From the NCBI GenBank assembly GCA_050261675.1, contig JBLNDO010000023.1:74261-138260 (forward strand): a stretch of DNA of 64,000 nt, written 5' to 3'. The position numbers were made by a program, and so were the translations under genes. Of this stretch, positions 32,983 through 42,445 are shown one piece after another (positions within the stretch are counted from its first letter, which is position 1; the number at the start of each line of letters is the position of its first letter). The notes beneath the pieces are model-generated. The model made no database searches. It saw only the letters and a program-made list of their open reading frames with translations, and was not told the origin of the DNA. The stretch is from Bacillota bacterium (GTDB lineage: Bacteria > Pseudomonadota > Gammaproteobacteria > Natronospirales > REEB76).

Positions 32983-34907
32983 GCCGCGGCGCTCAACGCC
33001 GCTTCCTGAAGGCTGTCGCCCAGCACGGCTTCCGGTGCTTCGCCCTCCAGGAATAGCCGCTGCCACATCTCGAGATTCATGAGCAACCACAGCCGGTCGC
33101 CGTGGTCGGAGGTCCCGCTGCGGTGCTCGGTAACCAGTTGCCGGAGCATCGCTGCGTTGAACAGGCCGCGGTCCAGGGCCCGTGGGCCCACCACCAGCTC
33201 GTCCAGGAGGCCGGCATAACGGTCGCGCAGCCACTGCCCCACCGGTACCGGGAAGCCCATCTTGCGGCGGGTCAGAATCTCCTCCGGCAGAAGATCCTGG
33301 ACGGCCGCGCGCAGCACGGCCTTGGTCCGCCAACCTTGCAGCTTGTGCTTGCCCGGGATGGCGGCGGCATATTCCACGAACTCATGGTCGAGGAACGGCA
33401 CGCGGCTCTCGATGGAGGCCGCCATGCTCATCTGGTCCTGCTTCATGAGCAGTTCCACCATGTAGGTCTGCATGTCGGCATGGCTCATGCGCTCCAGCGT
33501 GCCGCCCGGCGCCCGGTCGTAGTGGCGCAGGCAGTCTTCATAGGGGTCATGGCCCGGTACATCGGCCAGCAGCAGGCGCTGCAGGGCCTCGGGGAAAACC
33601 GCGAAATTCTCGTAGAAGAGCCCGCGCGGGCCCGGGGGCGGGACGAGGAAACTGCGTTCCGCGTAGCGGCGCAAGCGGCGTGGCAGGCGCTGCACCAGGC
33701 GGCTGATGTTCTCGCGTAGGTGCGCGGGCACCGCCGCCCAATATGGCCGCCCCAGGCGCTCGTTCCAGGCGGTGACCCGATAGCGGTTGTAGCCAAGGAA
33801 CAGCTCGTCGGAACCCTCGCCGGTGAGCACGACCTTGACATGTCCCGCGGCGAGGCGCGAGACAAAGTACAGGCAGATGCTCGACGGGAAAGCGATAGGT
33901 TCGTCCTCGTGCCAGACCATGCGCGGCAGCGCACCGAGGAAATCGCCGGCGGACACCATCAGGTCGCGGTGTTCGGCTCCCACGGCGCGCGCCATGAGAC
34001 GGGCATAACCGAGCTCGTTGTAACCCTGCTCTGCGAATCCGACGGCGAAGCTCTGCAGGCGGCCCTGCATCATCGGCGCCATCAGAGCCGCAATCGCGCT
34101 GGAATCAATGCCGCCCGAGAGGAACAACCCCAGGGGCACGTCGCTCATGAGGTGCGAACGGACCGCCTCCTCCAGTCTCCGGCGAAGCTCGGAGGCGTGA
34201 ACCTCGAAGGGGATGCTGTCCGGATGGAGTTTGTCGGGCAGGCTCCAATAGCTGCGCTGGCGGAACCCGTTGGCCGGCGTCCACGTCAGGGTGTGTGCGG
34301 GCAGCAGTTTGTGCACGTTCCGGAAAAAGGTCTCGCCGCCGGCGACATAACGATTCGCAAGGAACTCAGACAGGATGGAGGTGTTCAGTGCGGGCGGAAC
34401 ACCGCCTGCCGCGAGGATGGCCTTGATCTCGGAGCCAAACAGGACTTCCTCCTCCGTGACCGCGTAGTAGAGCGGCTTGATGCCGAGCCGGTCGCGCGCC
34501 AGAAAGAGTTTCTGCGGGCCTTCCTCCCAGATGGCGAACGCAAACATCCCCCGCAAGTGCCGCACGCAATCCTCGCCGTACGCCTCGTAGGCGCGAAGGA
34601 TGACCTCGGTGTCGGATTGGGTCGAGAAGCGGTAGCCGCGCGCCATGAGTTCGCCGCGCAATTCCCGGAAGTTGTATATCTCGCCGTTGTAGGCGATCCA
34701 CGTGCCTTGCACGCCCTGCATGGGCTGCCGCCCGCCGCCGATGTCGATGATGGAGAGCCGGCTGTGGGCGAATCCCGCCCTGCCCCGCGCGATCGTCCCG
34801 GCGTCGTCGGGGCCGCGGTGATGCAGCACGGCACGCATCCTCTCCAGCCGCGCCTGTTCCACCTCACGGCGTGGGTCGAGTTCCACTATTCCGGCTATAC
34901 CGCACAT
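32979..34907 (-). CDS. Asparagine synthetase B-type glutamine amidotransferase (copy 1)
   Basis: MCGIAGI N-terminal nucleophile and PP-loop LSGGIDSSAIAALM. 642 aa. Confidence 0.9.
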   Translation of the reverse strand: MCGIAGIVELDPRREVEQARLERMRAVLHHRGPDDAGTIARGRAGFAHSRLSIIDIGGGRQPMQGVQGTWIAYNGEIYNFRELRGELMARGYRFSTQSDTEVILRAYEAYGEDCVRHLRGMFAFAIWEEGPQKLFLARDRLGIKPLYYAVTEEEVLFGSEIKAILAAGGVPPALNTSILSEFLANRYVAGGETFFRNVHKLLPAHTLTWTPANGFRQRSYWSLPDKLHPDSIPFEVHASELRRRLEEAVRSHLMSDVPLGLFLSGGIDSSAIAALMAPMMQGRLQSFAVGFAEQGYNELGYARLMARAVGAEHRDLMVSAGDFLGALPRMVWHEDEPIAFPSSICLYFVSRLAAGHVKVVLTGEGSDELFLGYNRYRVTAWNERLGRPYWAAVPAHLRENISRLVQRLPRRLRRYAERSFLVPPPGPRGLFYENFAVFPEALQRLLLADVPGHDPYEDCLRHYDRAPGGTLERMSHADMQTYMVELLMKQDQMSMAASIESRVPFLDHEFVEYAAAIPGKHKLQGWRTKAVLRAAVQDLLPEEILTRRKMGFPVPVGQWLRDRYAGLLDELVVGPRALDRGLFNAAMLRQLVTEHRSGTSDHGDRLWLLMNLEMWQRLFLEGEAPEAVLGDSLQEAALSAAA

Positions 34908-34923
34908 GGCACGGCTCCTCGTT

Positions 34924-37161
34924 TCATTCCGACATCAGGGGCGTGATGCCCAACTCGCCCTCGTGTTCCACGGTGATCTGCCGGTCGTCGACCCGAATCG
35001 TCTCCCGCCCACCGTCGAACACGAGCTTCGAAAGCCCCTCGGCCTGCACCACCGCGACCGCCGGTGGCTCGCCGCCCTCCTCAGCCGGAATCAGCAGCGT
35101 TACGATGCTGAGGGGCAGGCGGGTTAGCGTGCCGTAGCAAAGCAGCGGTGCCGGCGCGCGTAACCCGTAATCCGGCGAGACCCAAGCGCGGATGGGCTCG
35201 ACCTCGCCTTCATGGATACTGGTTTCCAGTGTGGCCGTCGAGAAGGGACGGACGAGAAGTCCGCGGCCGTCGGGCGCAGCGGCACGCATCCACCCGTTTC
35301 CGCCGCGGGACAGCGAGACCGTGCCGAATTGGAACAGCAAATCCACCTGGTGCACATCCGCGGCCAGGAGATCATCCACCACCACCCAGTAACGCGGCTT
35401 CACGAACAACACACGGCGCCGGTGCCGCACGGGGTCGCGCAGGCGGCCGTAGGCGTCGTGCACGGCATCGGCGTAATCGAATCGCGGCGCGGAACGCCAT
35501 GCCAGGAGCTCGGCCGCCGGCCGTTTGCGCCAGGAAAACGGCCCGGCGGGGGCCGCTTGGCTTTGCCGGTCGATCACCACGGTGTTGTGGGCGGCACTGC
35601 CACGAAAATGGTCGCGCCAGTTCGCGTGGGCCGTGTAGCAATATGTCCCGGGGTCCACCAACAATGGGTGACCGAACGGACTGCACTGCACGCTGAGCAG
35701 ATCCGCATGACCGTGACCGCCGCTCACGCTGCAGCCGAGCGGTCCCACGTCGAACAACAGTTGCGGGGCATCCGGTTCCCAGCCTCCCTGCATCACCGCC
35801 CAGCCGCCGTCGGCGAATAGCCTTGACGGTGGGTGAGGCGGCGGCCGCGCCTCGAGCGCATCGAAGGCTTCACATCCCGCGGGACCCAGCAGCCAGGCGG
35901 TCTCGGGCGCCCTGCCACGCGCCGCCCAGGCGTAATCGGCGCGCTTGAAGAACGCAGCCGACAGCGCGAGCACATCGCGGCAGTCGTCGGCACCACGCGG
36001 GGAAAGCGGCAGGAGGCGCCCGCCGTCCGTATCGCCGATCTGGGGCATGCTGCCGTCGGGCCGGCAAATCGCCAGCAAATAATCCACCACCCGGCAGACC
36101 TGCGCCTGGGCGTCCTTTGGGACGGGTATGCCGTTGCGGGCGGCAAGCACCAGAAAATGCAGGTAAATTTCCGCGGTATAGCGCTGATAGCAGGTGGATT
36201 GCTCGAAATAGACGCCGTCAGACAACACCTGCCGCGGCAGCTGCTCGAGCAACACTCGCATGCCAAGCTTCAGCCAGCGTTGCGCCCGCGGCAACTCCGG
36301 CAACAGCACGCCCGCGTAGAAAAGCCCCAGGGCCTCACCCGTCAGATGCGTGTTGGGTGAAAAATAATGAGACAGATACCGCTCCACGTGCCCCGCGTGT
36401 GCGCACATCGATTCGAGCATGTCTGCGTACAAGGCCGGCGTGAGCGCCGCGGAATCGCGAAACAGGTTGAGGGCCCAGCACCAGCTGATCATGCGATAGG
36501 ACACTTCCAGGCTGCTGGCCCAGTTGATGCCCATCCCCGGGGGGTTGGCCCGGATCCAGTCGCGCACGCAAGCGGCGAACATCGACGCATAGCGTTCGTC
36601 GCCGCTCAACCGGTAGGCTTGACCAAGCTCGACCAGCCACTGGTGGCGGTTGAGTTCCCAAGTGACCTTGCTGTCACCGACGCTCTCCATGTCGAGCGGA
36701 TCGATGCGGCTCCAATGCACGAGCGGCGCTCGCTTTCCCGATACCGCGTCCCGGTGCCAATCGATGGGATGGCCGAGGAACAGTGCACGATGGCCGAGCA
36801 ACCGGAAACTGTAGCTGCAAACTGCGTCCGCAGCGGCAAGGATGCGCGCACGCGCCTCCGGCATTTCGGAGATGAACAACCCCGGCAGGCGCTGATCGCC
36901 GACCCCGGCAAAAAAGCGCTCCGCGCCATTGCGTCTGAAGGCACCGAGGCGCGCATGCGCATCGTCCCGGATCGCCGAGCGGCCCGGCTCCCTCGCGGTG
37001 ACATGCGGCGACCAGGCGGGCGCTGAATACGCCTCTTGCGACCCGATGCCTGCGTCACCGGGCGCACCCACCGCCAAACGATCGATGGAGCGCGAAACTT
37101 CCTGCCAGCCGCGGTTGGCCAGATCCCGCAAATCCGCATGCAGCACGCGCGACAGCCTCAT
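34924..37161 (-). CDS. Heparinase II/III-like (polysaccharide lyase-like) protein
   Basis: GGHGHADLLSVQCSPFG...LVDPGTYCYT...HNTVVID is the Hepar_II_III signature. The N-terminal alpha-toroid-like region has W/H-rich helices. Start chosen at ATG 37161 (ATGA overlap with the upstream stop); ATG 37191 is also possible. Confidence 0.75.
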   Translation of the reverse strand: MRLSRVLHADLRDLANRGWQEVSRSIDRLAVGAPGDAGIGSQEAYSAPAWSPHVTAREPGRSAIRDDAHARLGAFRRNGAERFFAGVGDQRLPGLFISEMPEARARILAAADAVCSYSFRLLGHRALFLGHPIDWHRDAVSGKRAPLVHWSRIDPLDMESVGDSKVTWELNRHQWLVELGQAYRLSGDERYASMFAACVRDWIRANPPGMGINWASSLEVSYRMISWCWALNLFRDSAALTPALYADMLESMCAHAGHVERYLSHYFSPNTHLTGEALGLFYAGVLLPELPRAQRWLKLGMRVLLEQLPRQVLSDGVYFEQSTCYQRYTAEIYLHFLVLAARNGIPVPKDAQAQVCRVVDYLLAICRPDGSMPQIGDTDGGRLLPLSPRGADDCRDVLALSAAFFKRADYAWAARGRAPETAWLLGPAGCEAFDALEARPPPHPPSRLFADGGWAVMQGGWEPDAPQLLFDVGPLGCSVSGGHGHADLLSVQCSPFGHPLLVDPGTYCYTAHANWRDHFRGSAAHNTVVIDRQSQAAPAGPFSWRKRPAAELLAWRSAPRFDYADAVHDAYGRLRDPVRHRRRVLFVKPRYWVVVDDLLAADVHQVDLLFQFGTVSLSRGGNGWMRAAAPDGRGLLVRPFSTATLETSIHEGEVEPIRAWVSPDYGLRAPAPLLCYGTLTRLPLSIVTLLIPAEEGGEPPAVAVVQAEGLSKLVFDGGRETIRVDDRQITVEHEGELGITPLMSE

Positions 37162-38288
37162 GCCGAATCTCCACGGTATACTGCGGCCCACTCCGCGGAA
37201 AGCCGCGACCAGGTGTAGCGCCGGAGTTCACCCTTGGCACGCCGGGCGATGCGCCGTGCGCGGGACGGCTGCTCCAGGAGGGATGTGACCGCCCGCGCCA
37301 TGGCGGCCGGGTCGTCGGCCGGCACCAGTAGCCCCGCCTCCCCGCCACAGGCCATCGCAGCGATGTCGCCGGTTCCGGTGGTCACCACCGGCACACCCGC
37401 TGCAAAGGCCTCGAGCAGCGAGACCGGCTGGTTGTCCACTATTGCGGCGTTCAGAAAGATGTCCGCGTCGGCGTACAACCGTGGAACCGCATCGGGCTCA
37501 ACGCGTCCCAGGAACCGGACACCGTCCAACCCGAGTTCCGAGACACGCGCGCGCAAGCGCGGTTCATCGCTGCCGTATCCGGCAATCGCGAGGGTCGCGT
37601 CTGGATAGCTCGGCTTGAGGAGTGCGAACGCCTCGATCACCGTCTCCACCCGGTAGGGCCGCTCCAGGTTGCGCATGGAAAGCAGCCGCGGCCGCAGGCT
37701 CCGTCGCTCCCGGTAGACGAAGCGGGTGACATCCACCACGTTCGGCACCACCTTCACCCGATGACCGTGGCGCGCGAAGACTTCCTTAAGGTAACGGGAC
37801 GGCACCACGATCTCGTGGGCAAGCCGCAGCCAAGGGTGCACGCGAAGCCCCCAGCGGCCCAGGTGGTCCTCCGCTTCGCCGCTGTGGTAGTGCAGAACGA
37901 CACGCTTCCCGAAAAGCCGTGCCGCCAACAAGGCCGGTGCCGGCGCCAACAGGAAGGACCAGTAGGCAGCGGAGAAGACATGAACGACGTCAGTGCGGCG
38001 CAAAGCGAAGAGACTCGGCAGGTAAAGGAGCTGGTTGAGGAACGTGCGCAGATACCGTACCCGGCGCAGCCAGCGTAGCGGCGCGGGGAACGGAGGATTC
38101 ACCGGCAAAAAGCGCACCGTGTACCCGTCACGCTGCAACCGCTCGAGAAGCGCGCAGGCCTGCACTCCCTGGCCTCCCAATATCTCCAGACTTGCGGCCA
38201 CAAGAGTGATCCGCGGAAGCCGCGGGGCATACGGTATGGGAGCGTCCGCGGCGACCTCGGTGCGATCCGTCACTGCGCTAGACCTCAT
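37158..38288 (-). CDS. Glycosyltransferase family 4 (GT-B)
   Basis: ITLVAASLEILGGQGVQ... and LNAAIVDNQPVSLLEAFAAGVPVVTT (E-x7-E region). ATGA overlap with the upstream stop. Confidence 0.8.
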   Translation of the reverse strand: MRSSAVTDRTEVAADAPIPYAPRLPRITLVAASLEILGGQGVQACALLERLQRDGYTVRFLPVNPPFPAPLRWLRRVRYLRTFLNQLLYLPSLFALRRTDVVHVFSAAYWSFLLAPAPALLAARLFGKRVVLHYHSGEAEDHLGRWGLRVHPWLRLAHEIVVPSRYLKEVFARHGHRVKVVPNVVDVTRFVYRERRSLRPRLLSMRNLERPYRVETVIEAFALLKPSYPDATLAIAGYGSDEPRLRARVSELGLDGVRFLGRVEPDAVPRLYADADIFLNAAIVDNQPVSLLEAFAAGVPVVTTGTGDIAAMACGGEAGLLVPADDPAAMARAVTSLLEQPSRARRIARRAKGELRRYTWSRLSAEWAAVYRGDSA

Positions 38289-39442
38289 GGATGATGCCTG
38301 CGTTCCGGGAATGAATCGGCGAGGTCCAGCCTGAAAGCATGGGTCTCTCCGTTGTGCAGGCCGACACCCGCGATTTCACCGCGGATGTTGATGGCACGGG
38401 CTTCCGTGAGCACCCATCCGGAATTGAGCGGGATCAGCGTGTTGAGATCCACAACCTTGCCGAAACTCCACAGGACGGCATGCGAATTGCCGCTGCCGGC
38501 GCCAGACCAGCCCACCGCCATCCCCAGTGCGTTGACGGCGAGTGCCGCGCTGTTGGCATCGCCTGGGAGTGTGCCTAGGTCGCGCATCGTGCCTGCATCC
38601 CAGATAAACGCCCGGGACACAGAAGCGTCGGCGGTGCCGGACCAGCCCACCACCTGCCCCTTCCAATTGACCGCCAGCGCGGTGCTGGACGTCTGCCCGG
38701 CGAGGACGCCAAGACCGGTGCGCGCACCGTATTGCCAGAGACTCGCCTCGCGATCGAAAGAGGATGTGCCGAGCAGCCCCGCATCCGCGGCGTAATCGCC
38801 CGCCATCACGCCAAGGTCATTCACGCCAAACAGCCGGCTGATGGACCAATCACCGGCGCCGCCGCCCAGGTCCTGCATCTGCCCGTCCTGCCACAGTACG
38901 GCATGCAGCACCCAGGACCCACGGATCGTCTCGGAAGCACCCGTCACCCAACCAAAATCGTTTATCCCGAAGCCAGTACTCATGCCGTAGCGGTCATTGA
39001 AGGAACAGGGGCAAAACAGCGCGCCCAGGCTGTGCATGACCCCTTGATCCCAGATGAAGCCCTGCATGATCTCGGGGAAAGAGGGCCCGAATTCGTTGAT
39101 GCCGCTGACTCCGGTCACCTGGCTGCGATCATTGATTGCGGTGGCATAGCTGCTAAGCCCGCCATTGAGCACGCCGAGGTCCTGCAGCGTGCCGTTCGCA
39201 TACAGGAAGGCGTGGCGGCTGCCATCCGGCAGGCCGGCCCAACCCACCACCTGGCCCTGGTCGTTCATCCCCAGAGCGTCGCTCGATACACCACCGAGCG
39301 TGCCGAGATCGGTAACGAGGTAGCGCGGCGCCGGAAGCCCCCGGCTCATCATCGTCGGCGACATCATTAGGAATGTGAGACCCAATATACCGGCGGCAAT
39401 TCTCTTGAAATGCTCGGGATGGTGATTCAAGGTTTTCTCCAT
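38285..39442 (-). CDS. Secreted HAF-type extracellular repeat protein
   Basis: Signal/TM (IAAGILGLTFLMMSP), then repeated units A.G[IMV]ND.GQV.G...HAF[LI][YW] (HAFLY, HAVLW, RAFIW, HAVLW, HAFRL). No PEP-CTERM tail. Confidence 0.7.
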   Translation of the reverse strand: MEKTLNHHPEHFKRIAAGILGLTFLMMSPTMMSRGLPAPRYLVTDLGTLGGVSSDALGMNDQGQVVGWAGLPDGSRHAFLYANGTLQDLGVLNGGLSSYATAINDRSQVTGVSGINEFGPSFPEIMQGFIWDQGVMHSLGALFCPCSFNDRYGMSTGFGINDFGWVTGASETIRGSWVLHAVLWQDGQMQDLGGGAGDWSISRLFGVNDLGVMAGDYAADAGLLGTSSFDREASLWQYGARTGLGVLAGQTSSTALAVNWKGQVVGWSGTADASVSRAFIWDAGTMRDLGTLPGDANSAALAVNALGMAVGWSGAGSGNSHAVLWSFGKVVDLNTLIPLNSGWVLTEARAINIRGEIAGVGLHNGETHAFRLDLADSFPERRHHP

Positions 39443-39450
39443 ACGGCGAT

Positions 39451-40479
39451 TCACGGCCGATAGCGATAGCGCAGCATCAAGGGCAAGACCAGCAGGTAGA
39501 GGCCTTTCTGCATGATGAAGCTGAAATAACTGCGCCAAGATTCATCCGGCGCTATCTTCTGCACGGGCTTGAGGCGCAAGTCGTTGCCGGCGATCTGGTG
39601 CCCCTGCTTCAACAAGTGGCCGGCGCCGGCGGCGTAATCAATGCGAGGCACGCCGAGCAGGTCCGCGACGCCGCTGAGCGCCACGTCGGGGTTCCTGGTG
39701 TAGTCCTCGTAGCGCAGGAACAGACTGGGTCCGTGAAGTTGCCGCCTGACGCGTTCGCAGAAGTAATTCACCAATGCCCAGGTACCTGCGAACCGCAGGT
39801 TGCTCCTGCGTTTCACGTTGGCAAAGGGACCATCCTTGGGGCGCTCGCGGTACGGGATGCGCAGAGAATAGGCGACGCCGCGAACGTCCCGCACCAGATG
39901 AAGCAACCTCAGGTCGAGGCCCGCAACCCGCGACAAAGCCAGAGCACGCGCCGGGTTTTTGGAAGAATCGACGATTATGGAAGCGCCGGAAAGCCGCGCG
40001 ATGGTGCTGAACAGCGCCAGGGTGTATTCCGCATAACGTGAGAATTTTCGACCGCGGTAGGACAGGCCGTTGAATGGCAGGAACAGGGCGCGCAGGCGCT
40101 CGTAGCGGTGCTGCAACCTGCGATACTCGCCCTGGGAGAACCGCGGCACGGTTGCGCTCCATTCGCGCATCACGCCGCGCCAGAAGCCGCATTCCCCGGC
40201 CTTCAGGGTGCAGGCGCAATACTCTTCGTCGGAATTCGCGGATTGCAGCAGGTTGCCGAGTTCTCCACAGGAGAATACCCCGGGGTAGGCCCCGATCAGG
40301 CGGTCCAATAGGGTCGAACCGCTGCGACCGTCGCCGGCTATGTAGATCACCTTGACGCGGGTGTCACCGCCGGCCGAAGCCGGCGGCGAGTGCTCGGCGG
40401 GCGCTTGCACACCCCGTGCGGCGACGTCATTCACGACAAATTGAGCGTTGTTTTGCATAAATCGGCCCCGGAATGGCAT
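39451..40479 (-). CDS. Sulfotransferase family protein
   Basis: PAPS 5'-phosphosulfate-binding loop YIAGDGRSGSTLLDRL, then a later RxxSxxxR-like region (VRDVRGVAYSLR). Start uncertain (40479 or 40458). Confidence 0.7.
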   Translation of the reverse strand: MPFRGRFMQNNAQFVVNDVAARGVQAPAEHSPPASAGGDTRVKVIYIAGDGRSGSTLLDRLIGAYPGVFSCGELGNLLQSANSDEEYCACTLKAGECGFWRGVMREWSATVPRFSQGEYRRLQHRYERLRALFLPFNGLSYRGRKFSRYAEYTLALFSTIARLSGASIIVDSSKNPARALALSRVAGLDLRLLHLVRDVRGVAYSLRIPYRERPKDGPFANVKRRSNLRFAGTWALVNYFCERVRRQLHGPSLFLRYEDYTRNPDVALSGVADLLGVPRIDYAAGAGHLLKQGHQIAGNDLRLKPVQKIAPDESWRSYFSFIMQKGLYLLVLPLMLRYRYRP

Positions 40480-40497
40480 GGCGATACGCGGCGCCTT

Positions 40498-42411
40498 TCA
40501 GACACCGACGGCGGCAGGCACAACGGTCGTCGCAGGTGTTGGCCGCCGACCTGGCGGCGCATCCAGGAAGCTGCGGCACCATAATTCAAAAGAAATGAGG
40601 GTCCAAAGCTGCAGTCCAAGATCCCGGCCGCGTTCGTGGATCGCGAGCAACTGCTCGATATAGCGCGTATCGAAGATCTCCCGCCGACGACTGGTATCCG
40701 ATAACAGAAGCTCGCGGACGAACCCCGACAAGTGCCCGCGGAACCACAGCCCCAGCGGTGCAGCGAACCCGTGCTTCGGCTTGTCGATGATCTCGTCAGG
40801 AAGAATGCCGCGCATAGCCCGCTTGAAGATGCTCTTGGATTCACCGTCCCTCAGCCGCAATTCCGGCGGGATAGTGGCGGCGAACTCCACCAGCTTGTGG
40901 TCCAGCAAGGGGACGCGGGCTTCCAGGGAGTGCGCCATGCTCATCCGGTCGACCTTGGTGAGTATGTCCAGCGGCAGATAGCTCTGCAGATCCCAGTGCT
41001 GGACGGCGGATAGCCAGTCGGCATCTGCACTCTGCAGGAACATCCGTGCGTCTCTCCAGGGATCGTCGGCCGCCATCAGGGCGGCGGGTTCCGGCCTGAA
41101 CAGCCGGCTTCTCTGATCCCCTTTGAAAAGGGTGGAGGCGTCCAGATAGCGCTCCGGCCCCGAAAGTGCGATGTGCCGCAGGAAATTGCGTCCCTTGGCG
41201 CCTTCGGGCAGCGCCTTTCCGACAAGCCCTAGCACGCGGCGCAGGGGGCCCGGTACATATTCGTAAAGCCGTTCCCGGCTCTCGACGCGGTACTTATCGT
41301 AGCCGGCGAACAATTCGTCGCCACCGTCGCCCGAGAGCACTACCTTGACCTCCTCCGCCGCAAGCTTGGACACCATATAGGTCGGTATCGCGGAGGAATC
41401 GCCGAAGGGTTCGTCCAGGTGCCAGGCGATGCACTCCACCAGATCCTCGATACCGGGCTTGAGGATCAGTTCCGTGTGTTCGGTGCCGAACTGCCGCGCC
41501 ACGCGCCTCGCCGAAGCGCTCTCGTCATAGCGCGATTCTTCGAAGCCGATGGAGAAGGTCTTGACGGGCCGTTCGCTGCGATGTGCCATGAATGCCACCA
41601 CCGAGCTCGAATCCAGTCCTCCGCTCAGAAAGGCCCCGAGCGGCACATCGCTGACCAGGTGCAGCTCAACTGACTCCTCCATCAGCTCGCGGAGGCGCTC
41701 CGCGAAATACTCCTCTCCATGCTCGCGGTCGGGCTCGAAGCTCACATCCCAGTACCGGCTTAACCGCCGATGCCCGTCGATGCGCAGACTGAGTGTGTGC
41801 CCCGGCGGGAGCTTGTGTACGCCCTTGATGATGCTTTCCGTCCCGGGGGTAGAGAGGCTGGTGAATAGGTGATTGACGGCACCCCAGTTCAGGTCGCGCG
41901 GCACCTCCGGCAGTTGCAATAACGCCTTCAGTTCGGATGCGAAAATAAGGCGCCCCCCCGTTTCCGTGTAATACAGCGGCTTGATCCCAAGCCGATCGCG
42001 GGCCAGGAAAAGGGTCATGCGGTGCTCGTCCCATATGGCGAAGCTGTACATGCCCCGCAGCCTGCTCACGCAGGATTCACCGTATTCCTCGTAGAGGTGC
42101 ACCAGTGTCTCGGTGTCGGTGGCGGTGTAAAAGCGGTGACCTTGCCGCTCCAGGTCGGCGCGTAACTCCCGATAGTTGTAGATCTCGCCGTTCAGGACCA
42201 CATGAATAGAGCCGTCCTCGTTGCGCACCGGTTGATGTCCGGTCTTGAGGTCGATGATGCTGAGGCGTCGCATGCCGAGCCCGGCACGTTCGTGCAGGTA
42301 GTATCCGGCATCGTCAGGTCCGCGATGCCGCATCGCCTCGCACATGGCTTCGATCTCGCGTGGGTACACCGCACGAGCGCCGTGGCTAAAGATGCCGGCT
42401 ATCCCGCACAT
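40498..42411 (-). CDS. Asparagine synthetase B-type glutamine amidotransferase (copy 2)
   Basis: MCGIAGIF and PP-loop LSGGLDSSSVVAFM. 637 aa. Confidence 0.9.
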   Translation of the reverse strand: MCGIAGIFSHGARAVYPREIEAMCEAMRHRGPDDAGYYLHERAGLGMRRLSIIDLKTGHQPVRNEDGSIHVVLNGEIYNYRELRADLERQGHRFYTATDTETLVHLYEEYGESCVSRLRGMYSFAIWDEHRMTLFLARDRLGIKPLYYTETGGRLIFASELKALLQLPEVPRDLNWGAVNHLFTSLSTPGTESIIKGVHKLPPGHTLSLRIDGHRRLSRYWDVSFEPDREHGEEYFAERLRELMEESVELHLVSDVPLGAFLSGGLDSSSVVAFMAHRSERPVKTFSIGFEESRYDESASARRVARQFGTEHTELILKPGIEDLVECIAWHLDEPFGDSSAIPTYMVSKLAAEEVKVVLSGDGGDELFAGYDKYRVESRERLYEYVPGPLRRVLGLVGKALPEGAKGRNFLRHIALSGPERYLDASTLFKGDQRSRLFRPEPAALMAADDPWRDARMFLQSADADWLSAVQHWDLQSYLPLDILTKVDRMSMAHSLEARVPLLDHKLVEFAATIPPELRLRDGESKSIFKRAMRGILPDEIIDKPKHGFAAPLGLWFRGHLSGFVRELLLSDTSRRREIFDTRYIEQLLAIHERGRDLGLQLWTLISFELWCRSFLDAPPGRRPTPATTVVPAAVGV

Positions 42412-42445
42412 TGCATATTGCTCCTTGAGGATCGTGACCTGCGGC

